Notes: generated by a model from the letters alone, not told the origin. A stretch of DNA of 64,000 bases from Thermoanaerobaculia bacterium (GCA_041912555.1 JAYRMU010000032.1:45614-109613), one strand, 5' to 3'; positions 29,340-40,950 are shown, numbered from the stretch's first letter. Translations and numbers: made by a program.

Positions 29340-29353
<14 letters not shown>
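27926..29353 (-). CDS. Secreted esterase-like alpha/beta hydrolase with C-terminal TPR
   Basis: Signal peptide; GFSGG elbow; GGHDW; YDLA...A TPR and DPDF..LR tail; TTG start overlaps gap stop. Confidence 0.75.
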
Positions 29354-30340
<987 letters not shown>

Positions 30341-30344
<4 letters not shown>

Positions 30345-31354
30345 TTCGCCTCCAGCGCCGCGAAGCGCCCGACGAGGTCCACGGCGCGGTGGGCGTAGCC
30401 GTAGCCCGAGTCGAACCAGGACAGGGTCTTCGAGACGCGGTCGCCGAGCGTCATCGTGGCGAGAGAGTCGAACGTGGCCGAAAAGGCGGAGCGGGCGACG
30501 TCGGAGGAGACGATCGGCGCGTCCTCGTAGTCGAGGACCCGGCGCCAGCGCTCCGTGGCCGCGGCCGCGCGGAGCGCTTCGTTGATCGCCGCGGGGCTGA
30601 CGGGCTTCTCGTGCCAGGCGACCAGGTCCACGACCGAACCGTTCGAGACGGGCACGTTCATCGCGTAGCCGGTCAGCTTGCCGGCGAGCGCGGGCAGGAG
30701 GTCCGTCACCATCGCGGGCGAGCGCGACGCCTGCGGGATGATGTTCTCGGCCGCGGCGCGCCCGCGGCGCTTGTCCTCGGCGGGAACGTCCGCCAGGCGG
30801 TGGGCGCTCGTGTACGAGTGGATCGTCGTGAAGATCGCCCGCCGGATGCCGAACGCGGGCTCGAGGATCGCAAGCACCGGGGCGAGGCAGTGCACCGTCG
30901 AGGACGCGTTGGAGACCATGCGGTGGGCCGGGGAGATTGCCCCGTCGTTGACGCCCAGGACGACGGTGACGTCGGGCGGCTCGAGCGGGGGCGCGAGGAG
31001 GATGACCCGCTTGGCCCCGGCCGCCAGGTGCGCCTCGACTTCCGCCCGGGTGCGGCCCCGCGACGTCGCCTCGAGGACGGTGTGGACGCCGAGGTCGCCC
31101 CACCGGGGGACGGCCGGCTGGTCCTTGCCCGTGAGGAGAGGGACGCTGCGGCCCGCGACCCGCAGCCGTCCGTCCTCGATCGCCACCTCCTCGGAGAAGC
31201 GGCCGAGCAGGGTGTCGAACCGCAGGAGGTAAGCGAGGCCGGCCGGCTCGGCGAGGTCGCTGATCGCGCCGAGGCGGATGTCGTCCCGGTCGTAGAGGAG
31301 CCGGAAGAGGTTGCGGCCGATCCGCCCGAACCCGTAGATGCCGACCGTCGTCAC
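30341..31354 (-). CDS. GAPDH paralogue lacking catalytic residues (probable pseudoenzyme)
   Basis: Full length with GFGRIG, but SNASSTVHC (catalytic Cys to Ser), PQASRS, AMNVP, WFDSGYG. Confidence 0.85.
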
Positions 31355-31481
31355 CGCGTCTGTCTACCACAACGCCGAGGGGGCCGGTAGAAGCGCCGCG
31401 ACCAGGCGGGGGAATCCGCCGACGAATGGAGCCGCCGGCGGGATGGGCGCGCCGGGGGGGAGCCGCCATAGACTCCGCAGC

Positions 31482-32648
31482 ATGAGACGAAACCGGCCGC
31501 TGTTCGCCGCGGTGCTCTTCCTCGCCTCCGCCGGAGGGTTCGCCGCGGACAAGCCGCGCGCGCGCGACCTCGGGGTCCCGTTCGACGGAACGCCCGGGCC
31601 GCTCAATGCGATCACCGACGTCGCCGGCGTCGCGGTCGGGCACAGCACGATCATCCGCGGCGACGGCAAGCTCAAGGTGGGCGAGGGGCCCGTGCGCACG
31701 GGCGTCACGGCGATCCGGCCGCGCGGCCGCGCGAGCCTCGACGACCCGGTCTTCGCGGGCTGGTTCGCGTTGAACGGCGCGGGGGAGATGACGGGCACGA
31801 CCTGGGTCGAGGAGTCGGGCTTCCTCGAGGGGCCCGTGATGATCACGAACACGCACAGCGTCGGCGCGGTGCACGAGGGAACGATCGCGTGGCGGGTGCA
31901 GCAGGGAGGCCCCGACGCCACGGGGTACTGGTGGTCGAACCCGGTCGTCGCGGAGACGTGGGACGGCGAGCTGAACGACATCAACGGATTCCACGTCCGG
32001 CAGACGCACGTCTTCGAGGCGCTCTCCGGGGCGCGGTCCGGGCCGGTGGCCGAGGGCAACGTCGGCGGCGGGACCGGGATGATCTGCAACGGTTTCAAGG
32101 GCGGCATCGGCACGGCGTCGCGCCGGCTGGGCGAGGCGGCGGGCGGCTACACGGTCGGCGCGCTCGTCCAGTGCAACTACGGCCGCAAGCTCGACCTCAC
32201 GATCGCCGGCGTCCCCGTCGGGCGCGAGATCGCGGGAGAGGGCGCGCGCGACGACGACGCGGGATCGATCATCATCGTCGTCGCCACCGACGCGCCGCTC
32301 ATCCCGAACCAGCTGAAGCGCCTCGCCCGGCGGGCGGCCCTGGGCCTCGCGCGCGTGGGCTCGATCGCGGGGAACGGGTCGGGAGACATCTTCATCGCCT
32401 TCTCGACGGCCAACCCGGGCGCCGCGAGGCCCACCGGAATCGTGTCGCTCGCCGACCTTCCGAACGACCGCATGAACCCGCTCTTCGCGGCCACGGCGCA
32501 GTCGGTCGAGGAGGCGATCGTGAACGCGATGGTGGCGGCCGAGACGATGAAGGGCGCCGACGGCCTCGTCGTCCGCGCCCTGCCGCACGACGACCTCCGG
32601 AGGATCCTCCGGAAGTACAACCGGCTCGCGGAGGCGGCGGCTCCCTGA
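31482..32648 (+). CDS. P1/S58 family peptidase (DmpA-like)
   Basis: NAITDVAGV.VGH, RTGVT, GGGTGM, GNGSGD autocleavage site; signal peptide. Confidence 0.9.
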   Translation: MRRNRPLFAAVLFLASAGGFAADKPRARDLGVPFDGTPGPLNAITDVAGVAVGHSTIIRGDGKLKVGEGPVRTGVTAIRPRGRASLDDPVFAGWFALNGAGEMTGTTWVEESGFLEGPVMITNTHSVGAVHEGTIAWRVQQGGPDATGYWWSNPVVAETWDGELNDINGFHVRQTHVFEALSGARSGPVAEGNVGGGTGMICNGFKGGIGTASRRLGEAAGGYTVGALVQCNYGRKLDLTIAGVPVGREIAGEGARDDDAGSIIIVVATDAPLIPNQLKRLARRAALGLARVGSIAGNGSGDIFIAFSTANPGAARPTGIVSLADLPNDRMNPLFAATAQSVEEAIVNAMVAAETMKGADGLVVRALPHDDLRRILRKYNRLAEAAAP

Positions 32649-32655
32649 GAGAGGT

Positions 32656-32841
32656 CACGAGCAGGGGGTCAGGTCTCTCAAAGAGCGTTTCCCCGAAGTG
32701 GCCGGGGGCGCGGCAACGCTCCTTTAGAGACCTGACCCCGGAAGTGAGTAGGGAATCACGAGTAGGGGGACAGGCTTCTCTTGAAGCCCTCCCCGAAGCG
32801 GCGGGGGGCGCGGCAACGCTCCTTTAGAGACCTGACCCCGG
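32656..32841. repeat. Two-copy palindromic tandem repeat (100-bp period), REP-like
   Basis: 32704-32741 is identical to 32804-32841 (38 bp); copy 1 has a 14-bp IR GGGGTCAGGTCTCT/AGAGACCTGACCCC plus an inner GAGCGTT/AACGCTC. Confidence 0.85.
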
Positions 32842-33660
32842 CAGCGAGGCGAGAAATCGCTCCCAGACCCGCCAGTACGGCTCGCCTCCGACGATCCACG
32901 TGTCGTTGTGGTGCGCTCCCGGGATGACGAAGAGCTCCCGCGCGCCCCGCGCTTCCTCGGCGAGGCGGCGGCCCTGGGCCGGCGGCGCGATCTCGTCGTT
33001 CTCGGCGACGAGGAAGAGCTTGGGCGCGGCCACCTCCGCGATCTTCCTCTCGTTGTCGAAGCGGCTCCGGACGAGGAAGGCGGGGACGAAGGGATAGTGC
33101 ACGCGGGCGAGCGCCGGCACCGAGAGGAACGGCGTCTCGAGCACCACCGCGGCGCACGCCCAGCGTCGGGCGACCTCGATCGCCACGGCGCTGCCGAGGG
33201 ACTCGCCGAAGAGGATGATCCGGTCGGGGCGGACGCCGGCGTCCACGACCGCCCGGTAGACCGCGCGGCCGTCGCGATAAAGGCCTTCCTCGGAAGGGGA
33301 GCCCCCGGAGGCGCCGTATCCGCGATAGTCGACCAGCACGACGTCGAGGCCGAGTCGGTTGCGGAAGATCCGGGCGCGCTCGAGCCGGTCCGCGGCGTTG
33401 CCCGCGTTGCCGTGAAAGAAGATCAGGACGCGGCGGCCCGAGCCCCGGATCCACCAGCCGCGCAGGAGGATCCCGTCCTCCGTCCGCAGCGAAAGGTCGT
33501 CGGCCTCGAGGCCGAAGTCCCGGGGCGCGGCGGCCACGCGCCGTGTCGGAAAATAGAGCAGCCGGCGCTGGAGCAGGACGAACGCGGCGGCGGCGAGGAC
33601 GATCGCCAGGAGGACGACGCCCGCCGCGAGAGAACCGGCGGTCACGAGGGAGCGCGGCAT
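32824..33660 (-). CDS. Alpha/beta hydrolase (BEM46/ABHD13-like)
   Basis: FFHGNAGN, DYRGYG.S.G.PSE.GL, GESLG, GA.HND; N-terminal TM. Confidence 0.9.
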   Translation of the reverse strand: MPRSLVTAGSLAAGVVLLAIVLAAAAFVLLQRRLLYFPTRRVAAAPRDFGLEADDLSLRTEDGILLRGWWIRGSGRRVLIFFHGNAGNAADRLERARIFRNRLGLDVVLVDYRGYGASGGSPSEEGLYRDGRAVYRAVVDAGVRPDRIILFGESLGSAVAIEVARRWACAAVVLETPFLSVPALARVHYPFVPAFLVRSRFDNERKIAEVAAPKLFLVAENDEIAPPAQGRRLAEEARGARELFVIPGAHHNDTWIVGGEPYWRVWERFLASLPGSGL

Positions 33661-33715
33661 CGCTGCCGTATACTTTCTCACCCGATCGCCCCTTTTGTTC
33701 CGTGAAAGGAGATCC

Positions 33716-36700
33716 ATGACATCCGTGCGCCGCCCCGGGGCCCTCCTTGCGCTGCTCGCCGTCCTTTCCGCGCCCCTGTTCGCCGCCGACCCGCCGGCGG
33801 CGGCCCCCCGAGACGCGAAAGAGGCGAAGGACAAGGGCCTTTCCGAACGGTTCGAAGGCCTCGAGTTCCGGCTGATCGGCCCCTTCCGCGGGGGCCGGGT
33901 CACGGCCGTCACGGGCGTCCGGCACGATCCGTTCACGTTCTACTTCGGCGCGACGGGCGGCGGCGTCTGGAAGACGACCGACGGCGGCTCCAACTGGCAG
34001 GTCGTCTCGGACAAGGACTTCAAGACGGGCTCGATCGGCGCGATCGCCGTCGCGGAGTCGGACCCGAACGTCGTCTACGTGGGAACCGGCGAGGAGCCGA
34101 TCCGCGGCAACGTGTCGCACGGCGACGGCGTCTACAAGTCGACCGACGCCGGCCGGACCTGGAAGAACGTGGGCCTGCGCGACACGCGGCAGATCGCGCG
34201 CATCCGGGTCCACCCGAAGAACCCCGACCTCGTCTACGTCGCGGCGCAGGGACACGTCTGGGGGCCGAACGCCGAGCGCGGCATCTTCCGGTCCGAGGAC
34301 GGCGGAAAGACCTGGAAGAAGATCCTCTACGTCGACGAGAAGACGGGCGCGTCGGACCTCGCGATGGACCCGGCGAACCCGCGGATCCTCTACGCCGGCT
34401 TCTGGCAGGTCGTGCGCCACCCCTGGGAGCTCGTCTCGGGCGGTCCCGGCTCGAGCCTCTGGAAGTCCACGGACGGCGGGGACAGCTGGAAGAAGCTGAC
34501 GGCGGGGCTGCCCGAGGGAATCTGGGGCAAGGTCGGCGTCGCCGTCTCGCCCGCGCGCCCGGGCCGCGTCTTCGCCTTCGTCGAGGCCGCGCACGGCGGG
34601 CTCTACCGCAGCGACGACTCCGGGGAGAAGTTCACGCACGTCAACGACGAGCACAAGATCCGCGAGCGCGCCTGGTACTACTCGTGGGTCTACCCGGATC
34701 CCAAGAACGCCGAGGTCCTGTACCTGCCGAACGTCCAGATGCACAAGTCGATCGACGGCGGAAAGACCTTCGCCTCGATGCACGTGCCCCACGGGGACAA
34801 CCACGACCTCTGGATCGACCCCGACGACCCGAACCGCTTCATCGTCGGCAACGACGGCGGCGCGACGATCACGGACAACGGGGGGGCGAGCTGGTCCACC
34901 CAGGACAACCAGCCCACGGCGCAGTTCTACCGGGTGACGACCGACAACCAGTTTCCCTACTGGGTCTACGGCTCCCAGCAGGACAACTCGAACGTCTGCA
35001 TTCCGAGCGGCGTGCCGGGCGACGGCATCGGCAGCTCCGACTGGCACGCGGCCGGCGGGGGAGAGAGCGGCTGGATGGCGGTCGACCCGAAGGACCCGAA
35101 CGTCGTGTACGCCGGCGAATACGGCGGGATCATCACGCGCTACGACCACCGCACGAAGCAGGCCCGCATCGTCATGGCCTGGCCCCAGCTGGCCGACGGG
35201 CACGCGACGAAGGACCTGAAGTACCGGTTCCAGTGGAACGCGCCGATCATGATCTCGCCCAACGACCCGAAGGCGCTCTACCACGCGTCGCAGATCCTCC
35301 TGCGCAGCCGCGACGAGGGCGAGACGTGGGAGGAGATCTCTCCCGACCTGACGCGCAACGACAAGTCGAAGCAGGGCAAGTCGGGCGGACCCATCACGAT
35401 CGACGTCACGGGCGTCGAGCTGTACAGCGTGATCTTCGCGCTCGGCGAGTCGGCGGCCGACCCCGGCGTCCTCTGGGCGGGCTCCGACGACGGCCTGGTC
35501 CACGTGACGCGCGACAACGGCAAGACCTGGCAGAACGTGACGCCCAAGGGGATGCCGGAGTGGATCCAGATCAACGCGATCGACGCCTCGCCGCGCGACA
35601 AGGGCACGGCGTACGTCGCGGCGACCATGTACAAGTGGGACGACTTCCGCCCGTACCTCTACAAGACGAGCGACTACGGAAAGACCTGGACGAAGATCAC
35701 CAACGGGATCCCCGACGGGGCCTTCACGCGCGTCGTCCGCGAGGACCCGGTGCGGCAGGGGCTCCTCTATGCGGGGACCGAGACGGGGCTCTACGTCTCC
35801 TTCGACGACGGCGCGAACTGGCAGCCGTTCCAGCGCAACCTCCCGGTCACGCCCATCACCGACCTGGCCGTCAAGAACGACGACCTCGTCGTGGCGACGC
35901 AGGGGCGGGCCTTCTGGATCCTCGACGACCTGACGGCGCTCCGGAAGTGGAGCGAGGCGATCGGAACGTCGCCGGCCTATCTCTTCCCGCCCCGCGCGAC
36001 CGTCCGGATGGACGTCGACGCCCGGGACGAGGAGGAGGGCCCGCGCGGCGCGGGGCGCAACGTCCCGCCGGGCGTCGTGGTGGACTACTGGCTCAAGGAC
36101 GCGCCGGGAGAAAGCGACCGGGTGACCCTCGAGTTCCTCGAAGGGGACACGGTCCTGCGCTCCTTCTCGAACCAGAAGCCGCCGAAGTCCGACGACCTGA
36201 AGGCGGACGCGGAGAGGGCCGAGATGGAGAAGGACCGCGACAAACCGCTCGCGCCCAGGGCCGGCGTCAACCGGTTCGTCTGGGACATGCGCATCATGAG
36301 GCCGACGCTCGTGCCGAAGGCGGTCTTCAACGAGGGAACCCGGAACCCGCCCAAGGTCGGGCCCGGCGCCTACGCCGTCCGACTGACGGTGGCGGGAAAG
36401 ACCTTCACCCAGCCGATCGAAATCCGGCCGCATCCAGCCGTTTCGGCCTCGGCCGCGGACCTGAAGGCGCAGTTCGAGCTGCTGAAGGCAATTCGCGACC
36501 GGCTCTCCGAGACCCACGACACCGTGCTGCAGATCCGCGACGTGCGCACCCAGGTCGAAGAGATCGGGGCGCGCGCCGAACGGCTCGGCAAGGGAGACGC
36601 GCTCGCGAAGCAGGCCGCCGCGATCGCGGCCCGGCTGACCGCGGTCGAGGACCAGCTGACCAACCCGAAGATCGTCGCCGACGAGGACGACCTCAACTAC

Positions 36701-36928
36701 GAGCCCAAGCTCGATCACGACTGGGTCTACCTCGCGGCCATCGTCGCCAGCGCCGACGCGAAGCCGCTGGCGTCGTCGGTCGAGTACTACAACCTGCTCA
36801 AGGGGCGGCTCGACACGGTGCGCGCCGAGTACAAGGCGATCCTCGACGGGGACGTGAAGGCCTTCAACGCCGCGGTCCTGAAGGCGGGCGTGCCTCCGGT
36901 CGCGCCCGCGCCGAAGGCCGCGTCCTGA
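33716..36928 (+). CDS. Secreted VPS10/BNR-repeat glycosyl hydrolase-like protein
   Basis: AAGGAG RBS; GPFRGGR; multiple S/TxDGGxxW repeats; paralogue of 7640-10765. Confidence 0.9.
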   Translation: MTSVRRPGALLALLAVLSAPLFAADPPAAAPRDAKEAKDKGLSERFEGLEFRLIGPFRGGRVTAVTGVRHDPFTFYFGATGGGVWKTTDGGSNWQVVSDKDFKTGSIGAIAVAESDPNVVYVGTGEEPIRGNVSHGDGVYKSTDAGRTWKNVGLRDTRQIARIRVHPKNPDLVYVAAQGHVWGPNAERGIFRSEDGGKTWKKILYVDEKTGASDLAMDPANPRILYAGFWQVVRHPWELVSGGPGSSLWKSTDGGDSWKKLTAGLPEGIWGKVGVAVSPARPGRVFAFVEAAHGGLYRSDDSGEKFTHVNDEHKIRERAWYYSWVYPDPKNAEVLYLPNVQMHKSIDGGKTFASMHVPHGDNHDLWIDPDDPNRFIVGNDGGATITDNGGASWSTQDNQPTAQFYRVTTDNQFPYWVYGSQQDNSNVCIPSGVPGDGIGSSDWHAAGGGESGWMAVDPKDPNVVYAGEYGGIITRYDHRTKQARIVMAWPQLADGHATKDLKYRFQWNAPIMISPNDPKALYHASQILLRSRDEGETWEEISPDLTRNDKSKQGKSGGPITIDVTGVELYSVIFALGESAADPGVLWAGSDDGLVHVTRDNGKTWQNVTPKGMPEWIQINAIDASPRDKGTAYVAATMYKWDDFRPYLYKTSDYGKTWTKITNGIPDGAFTRVVREDPVRQGLLYAGTETGLYVSFDDGANWQPFQRNLPVTPITDLAVKNDDLVVATQGRAFWILDDLTALRKWSEAIGTSPAYLFPPRATVRMDVDARDEEEGPRGAGRNVPPGVVVDYWLKDAPGESDRVTLEFLEGDTVLRSFSNQKPPKSDDLKADAERAEMEKDRDKPLAPRAGVNRFVWDMRIMRPTLVPKAVFNEGTRNPPKVGPGAYAVRLTVAGKTFTQPIEIRPHPAVSASAADLKAQFELLKAIRDRLSETHDTVLQIRDVRTQVEEIGARAERLGKGDALAKQAAAIAARLTAVEDQLTNPKIVADEDDLNYEPKLDHDWVYLAAIVASADAKPLASSVEYYNLLKGRLDTVRAEYKAILDGDVKAFNAAVLKAGVPPVAPAPKAAS

Positions 36929-36963
36929 CGGCGGGCTCGGCCCGCGAAAGGAGACGAGGAGCG

Positions 36964-37509
36964 ATGAGACGGAAACGGGTTCTGGCCTCCGTGGTTTTCG
37001 CCGCGGCCTCCTTCGCGCGCGCCCAGGCGCCGGCGCCGGCCGCCGCGGCGGGGTTCCGCGCTGAGTACGCCGCCGAGGTCGACAGCGTCGGCGGCAAGCT
37101 CGTCGCCCTCGCCGAGGCGATGCCGGCGGACAAGTACGGGTGGCGGCCCGCGCCGGGGGTCCGGTCGGTCGGCGAGGTCTTCCTGCACGTGGTCGCCGGC
37201 GACTCGACGCTTCCGAGCTTTCTCGGCATGAAACGCATGGAGGGCGTGACCCGCGAGACCGAGAAGACGGTCACGGACAAGGCCCAGATCGTGGAGCTGC
37301 TCAAGAAGGCGATCGCCAACGCGAAGGCCGCCGGAGCCGCGGTGTCGGACGCGGACCTCGACCGCAAGGTCAAGACCTTCGGCGACCAGGAGATGACCGA
37401 GCGCCAGGTGCTCGTGCGCATCCTCGTGCACATGCACGAGCACCTCGGCCAGGAGATTGCCTACGCGCGGATGAACGGCGTCACGCCGCCCTGGTCGAAG
37501 GCGGACTAG
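36964..37509 (+). CDS. Secreted DinB-family protein
   Basis: Signal peptide; RSVGEV..H and H..EH.GQ..Y.RMNG..PPW metal-binding motifs. Confidence 0.85.
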   Translation: MRRKRVLASVVFAAASFARAQAPAPAAAAGFRAEYAAEVDSVGGKLVALAEAMPADKYGWRPAPGVRSVGEVFLHVVAGDSTLPSFLGMKRMEGVTRETEKTVTDKAQIVELLKKAIANAKAAGAAVSDADLDRKVKTFGDQEMTERQVLVRILVHMHEHLGQEIAYARMNGVTPPWSKAD

Positions 37510-37674
37510 CGGTCCGCGCGCGGGAGCGGGCGTTCCCCAGCCGGCCGGGGGATTGCCGCGTGAAAAATTGATTCATTTGCATGATGTGCGGCGCCCGCGC
37601 GGGGGAAATCCTCCACGCTGAGGGCTTTCTCGAGAGACGCCGTCCGCCTCCCGGGGGCCCGACAGGAGGGCGCC

Positions 37675-38814
37675 ATGACCTCGATGGTCCGGCTTTCCGG
37701 GGAAGAGGCGGCAACGCGGGGGCCCTCGGTGGATCGCCGCGACTTTCTGCGCGTCTGTACCCTCGCGCTCGCGGCGGTCGGAATGCCGTTTGCGGCGGCG
37801 GCCGAGGTGGCGCAGGCGATCGCGGCGAAGAAGCTGAAGCCCTCCGTCATCTGGCTTCACTTCCAGGAGTGCACGGGCTGCACCGAATCGCTCCTGCGCA
37901 CCTCGCATCCCGCCGTCTCGGAGCTGATCCTCGACCTCGTCTCGCTCGACTACTGCGAGACGCTCTTCGCCGCCGCGGGCCACCAGGCGGAAGCCGCGCT
38001 GAAGAAGGCGATGACGGAGAACGCCGGGAAGTACGTCCTCGTGATCGAGGGGGCGATTCCGACGAAGGACGACGGAATCTACTGCCAGATCGGCGGACGC
38101 ACCGCGCTCGAGATCGCCCACGAGGTGGCCGACAAGGCCGGCGCCATCATCGCCATCGGATCCTGCGCGTCGTGGGGAGGCGTGCCCTCGGCCGACCCGA
38201 ACCCCACCGGGGCGACGGGGGCGCCGACGATCCTCAAGGGCAAGACGGTCGTCACGATCCCCGGGTGCCCGGCCAATCCGTACAACCTCCTCGGCACGGT
38301 CCTCCAGTACGCGACTTTCGGGACCCTGCCCGCCCTCGACGACAAGAACCGGCCCCTGTTCGCCTACGGCCGGACGATCCACGAGCAGTGCCCTCGCCGG
38401 GCCCACTTCGACGCCGGGCGCTTCGTCCAGAAGTTCGGCGACGAGAACGCCCGCCTCGGCTACTGCCTCTACAAGATGGGCTGCAAGGGCCCGGCGACCC
38501 ACGCCAACTGCTCCGTCCAGCACTTCGGAGAGGTGACCGACGCATGGCCGATCGGGATCGGCCATCCCTGCTTCGGCTGCACCGAGCAGACCCTCGGGTT
38601 CCGCGTGTCCCAGTTCACGACGGTGGACATCGACCGCGCCCTGCCTCCCGCCACCTATCCGCCGGTTCACGCGCCGCAGGGAAGGATCAGCCCGGTAGCG
38701 ACCGGTCTCGCGGGGCTCGTCGGAGGCGCCCTGCTCGGCGCGGGCTTCGCGGCCGCGCGCAAGCTCGGCGCGGCGCCCCCCGAGGAGCCCGGAAAGCCGG
38801 AAAAGGAGGCGTGA
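37675..38814 (+). CDS. hybO: [NiFe]-hydrogenase small subunit, Tat-exported
   Basis: DRRDFL Tat motif; ECTGCTES, GSCA, PGCP, H..C.R, CLYKMGCKGP, HPCFGC; C-terminal TM anchor. Confidence 0.95.
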   Translation: MTSMVRLSGEEAATRGPSVDRRDFLRVCTLALAAVGMPFAAAAEVAQAIAAKKLKPSVIWLHFQECTGCTESLLRTSHPAVSELILDLVSLDYCETLFAAAGHQAEAALKKAMTENAGKYVLVIEGAIPTKDDGIYCQIGGRTALEIAHEVADKAGAIIAIGSCASWGGVPSADPNPTGATGAPTILKGKTVVTIPGCPANPYNLLGTVLQYATFGTLPALDDKNRPLFAYGRTIHEQCPRRAHFDAGRFVQKFGDENARLGYCLYKMGCKGPATHANCSVQHFGEVTDAWPIGIGHPCFGCTEQTLGFRVSQFTTVDIDRALPPATYPPVHAPQGRISPVATGLAGLVGGALLGAGFAAARKLGAAPPEEPGKPEKEA

Positions 38815-38815
38815 G

Positions 38816-39760
38816 ATGCCGGTCGACAGGCGCTTCCTGCTCAAGGGCCTCTGCGCCGCCGGCGCCGCGGCCGCGGCGGGGGGGACCGTGGAGGCGCGCG
38901 CCGCGCGCGTGGCGCCGCCCGACGCCCTCGGCCTGCTCTACGACGCGACGCGCTGCATCGGGTGCAAGTCCTGCGTGGTCGCGTGCCGCGCCGCCAACGA
39001 CCTGAAGCCCGAGCCCCAGAACTCCCCGGGAGGGATCTGGGACACGCCCATGGACCTCGACGGCGACACCAAGACGGTCATCAAGCTCTACAAGAGTGCG
39101 GACGGCTTCCAGTACTCCTTCTTCAAGGCGCAGTGCATGCAGTGCGTCGATCCGGCGTGCATCAACGCGTGCATGCTCGGGGCGCTGAAGAAGGGGGAGC
39201 ACGGAATCGTCTCCTACGACTCGAACCTCTGCATCGGCTGCCGGTATTGCCAGATGGCGTGCCCCTTCAACGTCCCCAAGTTCCAGTGGACCCACGTCGC
39301 CCCGAAGATCGTCAAGTGCGAGCTGTGCCGGCATCGCGTCAACGGCGCGACGCTCGCGAGCTTCGGCGGCTTCAGCCGCTATCCCGCCGGACACGGCCCC
39401 GCCTGCGCGGAGGTCTGCCCCCGCGGGGCGGTCATCACGGGCACGCGCGACGAGCTTCTGGCCGAGGCGAGGCGCCGGCTGGCCGAGAACCCCGACCGGT
39501 ACGTTCCGAAGATCTACGGCGAGAAGGAGGGCGGCGGGACGCAGTGCCTCTACCTGTCCCACGTCCCGTTCGAGAACCTCGGCCTGCCCCGGTTGTCGGA
39601 CCGGCCGGTCCCCGATGTCCAGCAGACGATCCAGCACGGCATCTACCAGGGCTTCGTGGCGCCGCTGGCCCTCTACGGGCTTCTGAGCGCGGTCGTCTTC
39701 CGCAATCGCAAGCAGCCCCCGCCCGGGGGCGGCGCGTCCGAGGGCGGAGGTGTGTCATGA
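38816..39760 (+). CDS. hybA: Hydrogenase-2 4Fe-4S ferredoxin-type subunit
   Basis: DRRFLL Tat motif; four Cys clusters (CIGCKSC, CMQC..PAC, CIGCRYC, CELC). Confidence 0.93.
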   Translation: MPVDRRFLLKGLCAAGAAAAAGGTVEARAARVAPPDALGLLYDATRCIGCKSCVVACRAANDLKPEPQNSPGGIWDTPMDLDGDTKTVIKLYKSADGFQYSFFKAQCMQCVDPACINACMLGALKKGEHGIVSYDSNLCIGCRYCQMACPFNVPKFQWTHVAPKIVKCELCRHRVNGATLASFGGFSRYPAGHGPACAEVCPRGAVITGTRDELLAEARRRLAENPDRYVPKIYGEKEGGGTQCLYLSHVPFENLGLPRLSDRPVPDVQQTIQHGIYQGFVAPLALYGLLSAVVFRNRKQPPPGGGASEGGGVS

Positions 39761-40941
39761 CGCAAGCGCGGGCCCTGGGCGGGCCGATCCTCACGCGTCC
39801 GGTGCGGTGGCTGCTCGTCCTGGGGGCCGTCGGCGCGGCGCTGATCGTGTGGCGCCTGGCGGCCGGAATCGGCGCGGTCACCGCGCTCACGGACGGCCAG
39901 CCCTGGGGACTCTGGATCGCCGTCGACATGGTCACCGGCACCGCCCTCGCGTGCGGCGGGTACGCCATCGCCCTGCTGGTCTACATCCTCAACAAGGGGC
40001 GCTACCATCCGATGGTCCGTCCCGCCATCCTGACGAGCGCGCTCGGATACACGCTCGGAGCGGTGTCGATCCTCCTCGACGTCGGGCGGCCGTGGCTCGG
40101 CTGGAAGGTCCCGCTGTACGCCTGGTCCTGGAACTTCCACTCGGCCCTGCTGGAGGTCGCCCTCTGCGTCATGACCTACGTGCTTGTGCTGTGGCTCGAG
40201 CTGTCTCCCGCCTTCCTCGAGAAGTTCCGGGAGGGTCCGGCCGGACCGCTCCAGAGGTTCTCGCAGAAGGCCTTGCCGATCGTGGACAAGGCGCTCGTCT
40301 GGATCATCGCGCTCGGGATCCTGCTTCCGACGATGCACCAGTCCTCTCTCGGGACCCTGATGGTGCTGACCGGCCACAAGCTCCAGCCCCTCTGGCAGAC
40401 GCCGTTCCTGCCCCTGCTCTTCCTGACCTCCTGCGTGGCGATGGGATACGCCACGGTCGTCTTCGAGACCTCGCTCGCGACGCTCTTCTTCCGCCGGCCC
40501 GCCGAGACACCGATGCTGGCGTCGCTCTCGGGGGCCATGCTTCCCGTGCTCGGGCTCTTCCTGCTCGTGCGTTTCGGCGACCTCGTGGCGCGCGGCCGGC
40601 TCGGCCTCGCCTTCGTCCCGGATCGGTTCGCGGCGGCCTTCTGGATCGAGACCGGCCTCTTCGCGCTGCCGCTCGTGATGCTGGCGGCGCCGGGCCGCCG
40701 CCGCGACCCGGGCAACCTGTTCCGTGCCGCGATGCTGATGATGCTGGCCGGAGGGGTCTACCGCTTCAACACGTACATCCTGGCTTACCGGCCCGGGGAC
40801 GACGTCCACTACTTCCCGAGCGTTCCCGAGCTGTTCATCACGCTGGGCCTGGTGGCCCTCGAAATCGTCGGTTACGTCGCGATCGTCAAGCTGTTCCCGA
40901 TCTTCAGCAGCGCCAACGGCCGGGCCGCGGCGCACACCTAG
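39757..40941 (+). CDS. hybB: Hydrogenase-2 NrfD-family membrane subunit
   Basis: PWGLWI..D, ALACGGY, LLPTMHQSSLG motifs; about 10 TM. Confidence 0.92.
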   Translation: MTQARALGGPILTRPVRWLLVLGAVGAALIVWRLAAGIGAVTALTDGQPWGLWIAVDMVTGTALACGGYAIALLVYILNKGRYHPMVRPAILTSALGYTLGAVSILLDVGRPWLGWKVPLYAWSWNFHSALLEVALCVMTYVLVLWLELSPAFLEKFREGPAGPLQRFSQKALPIVDKALVWIIALGILLPTMHQSSLGTLMVLTGHKLQPLWQTPFLPLLFLTSCVAMGYATVVFETSLATLFFRRPAETPMLASLSGAMLPVLGLFLLVRFGDLVARGRLGLAFVPDRFAAAFWIETGLFALPLVMLAAPGRRRDPGNLFRAAMLMMLAGGVYRFNTYILAYRPGDDVHYFPSVPELFITLGLVALEIVGYVAIVKLFPIFSSANGRAAAHT

Positions 40942-40950
40942 AGGTCCGTC

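Noticed and set aside
32656-32841. CRISPR array interpretation of the repeat
   Set aside because: Only two copies, a 100-bp period with a conserved rather than unique spacer, and no cas genes.
37568-37581. FNR or Rex box upstream of hybO (TTGAT-tcat-TTGCA)
   Set aside because: Only one half-site matches. The region is AT-rich and probably regulatory, but no regulator can be assigned.
37850-38200. O2-tolerant [4Fe-3S] proximal cluster signature
   Set aside because: The motif is CTGC (no extra Cys), and there is no additional Cys after GSCASWGG.
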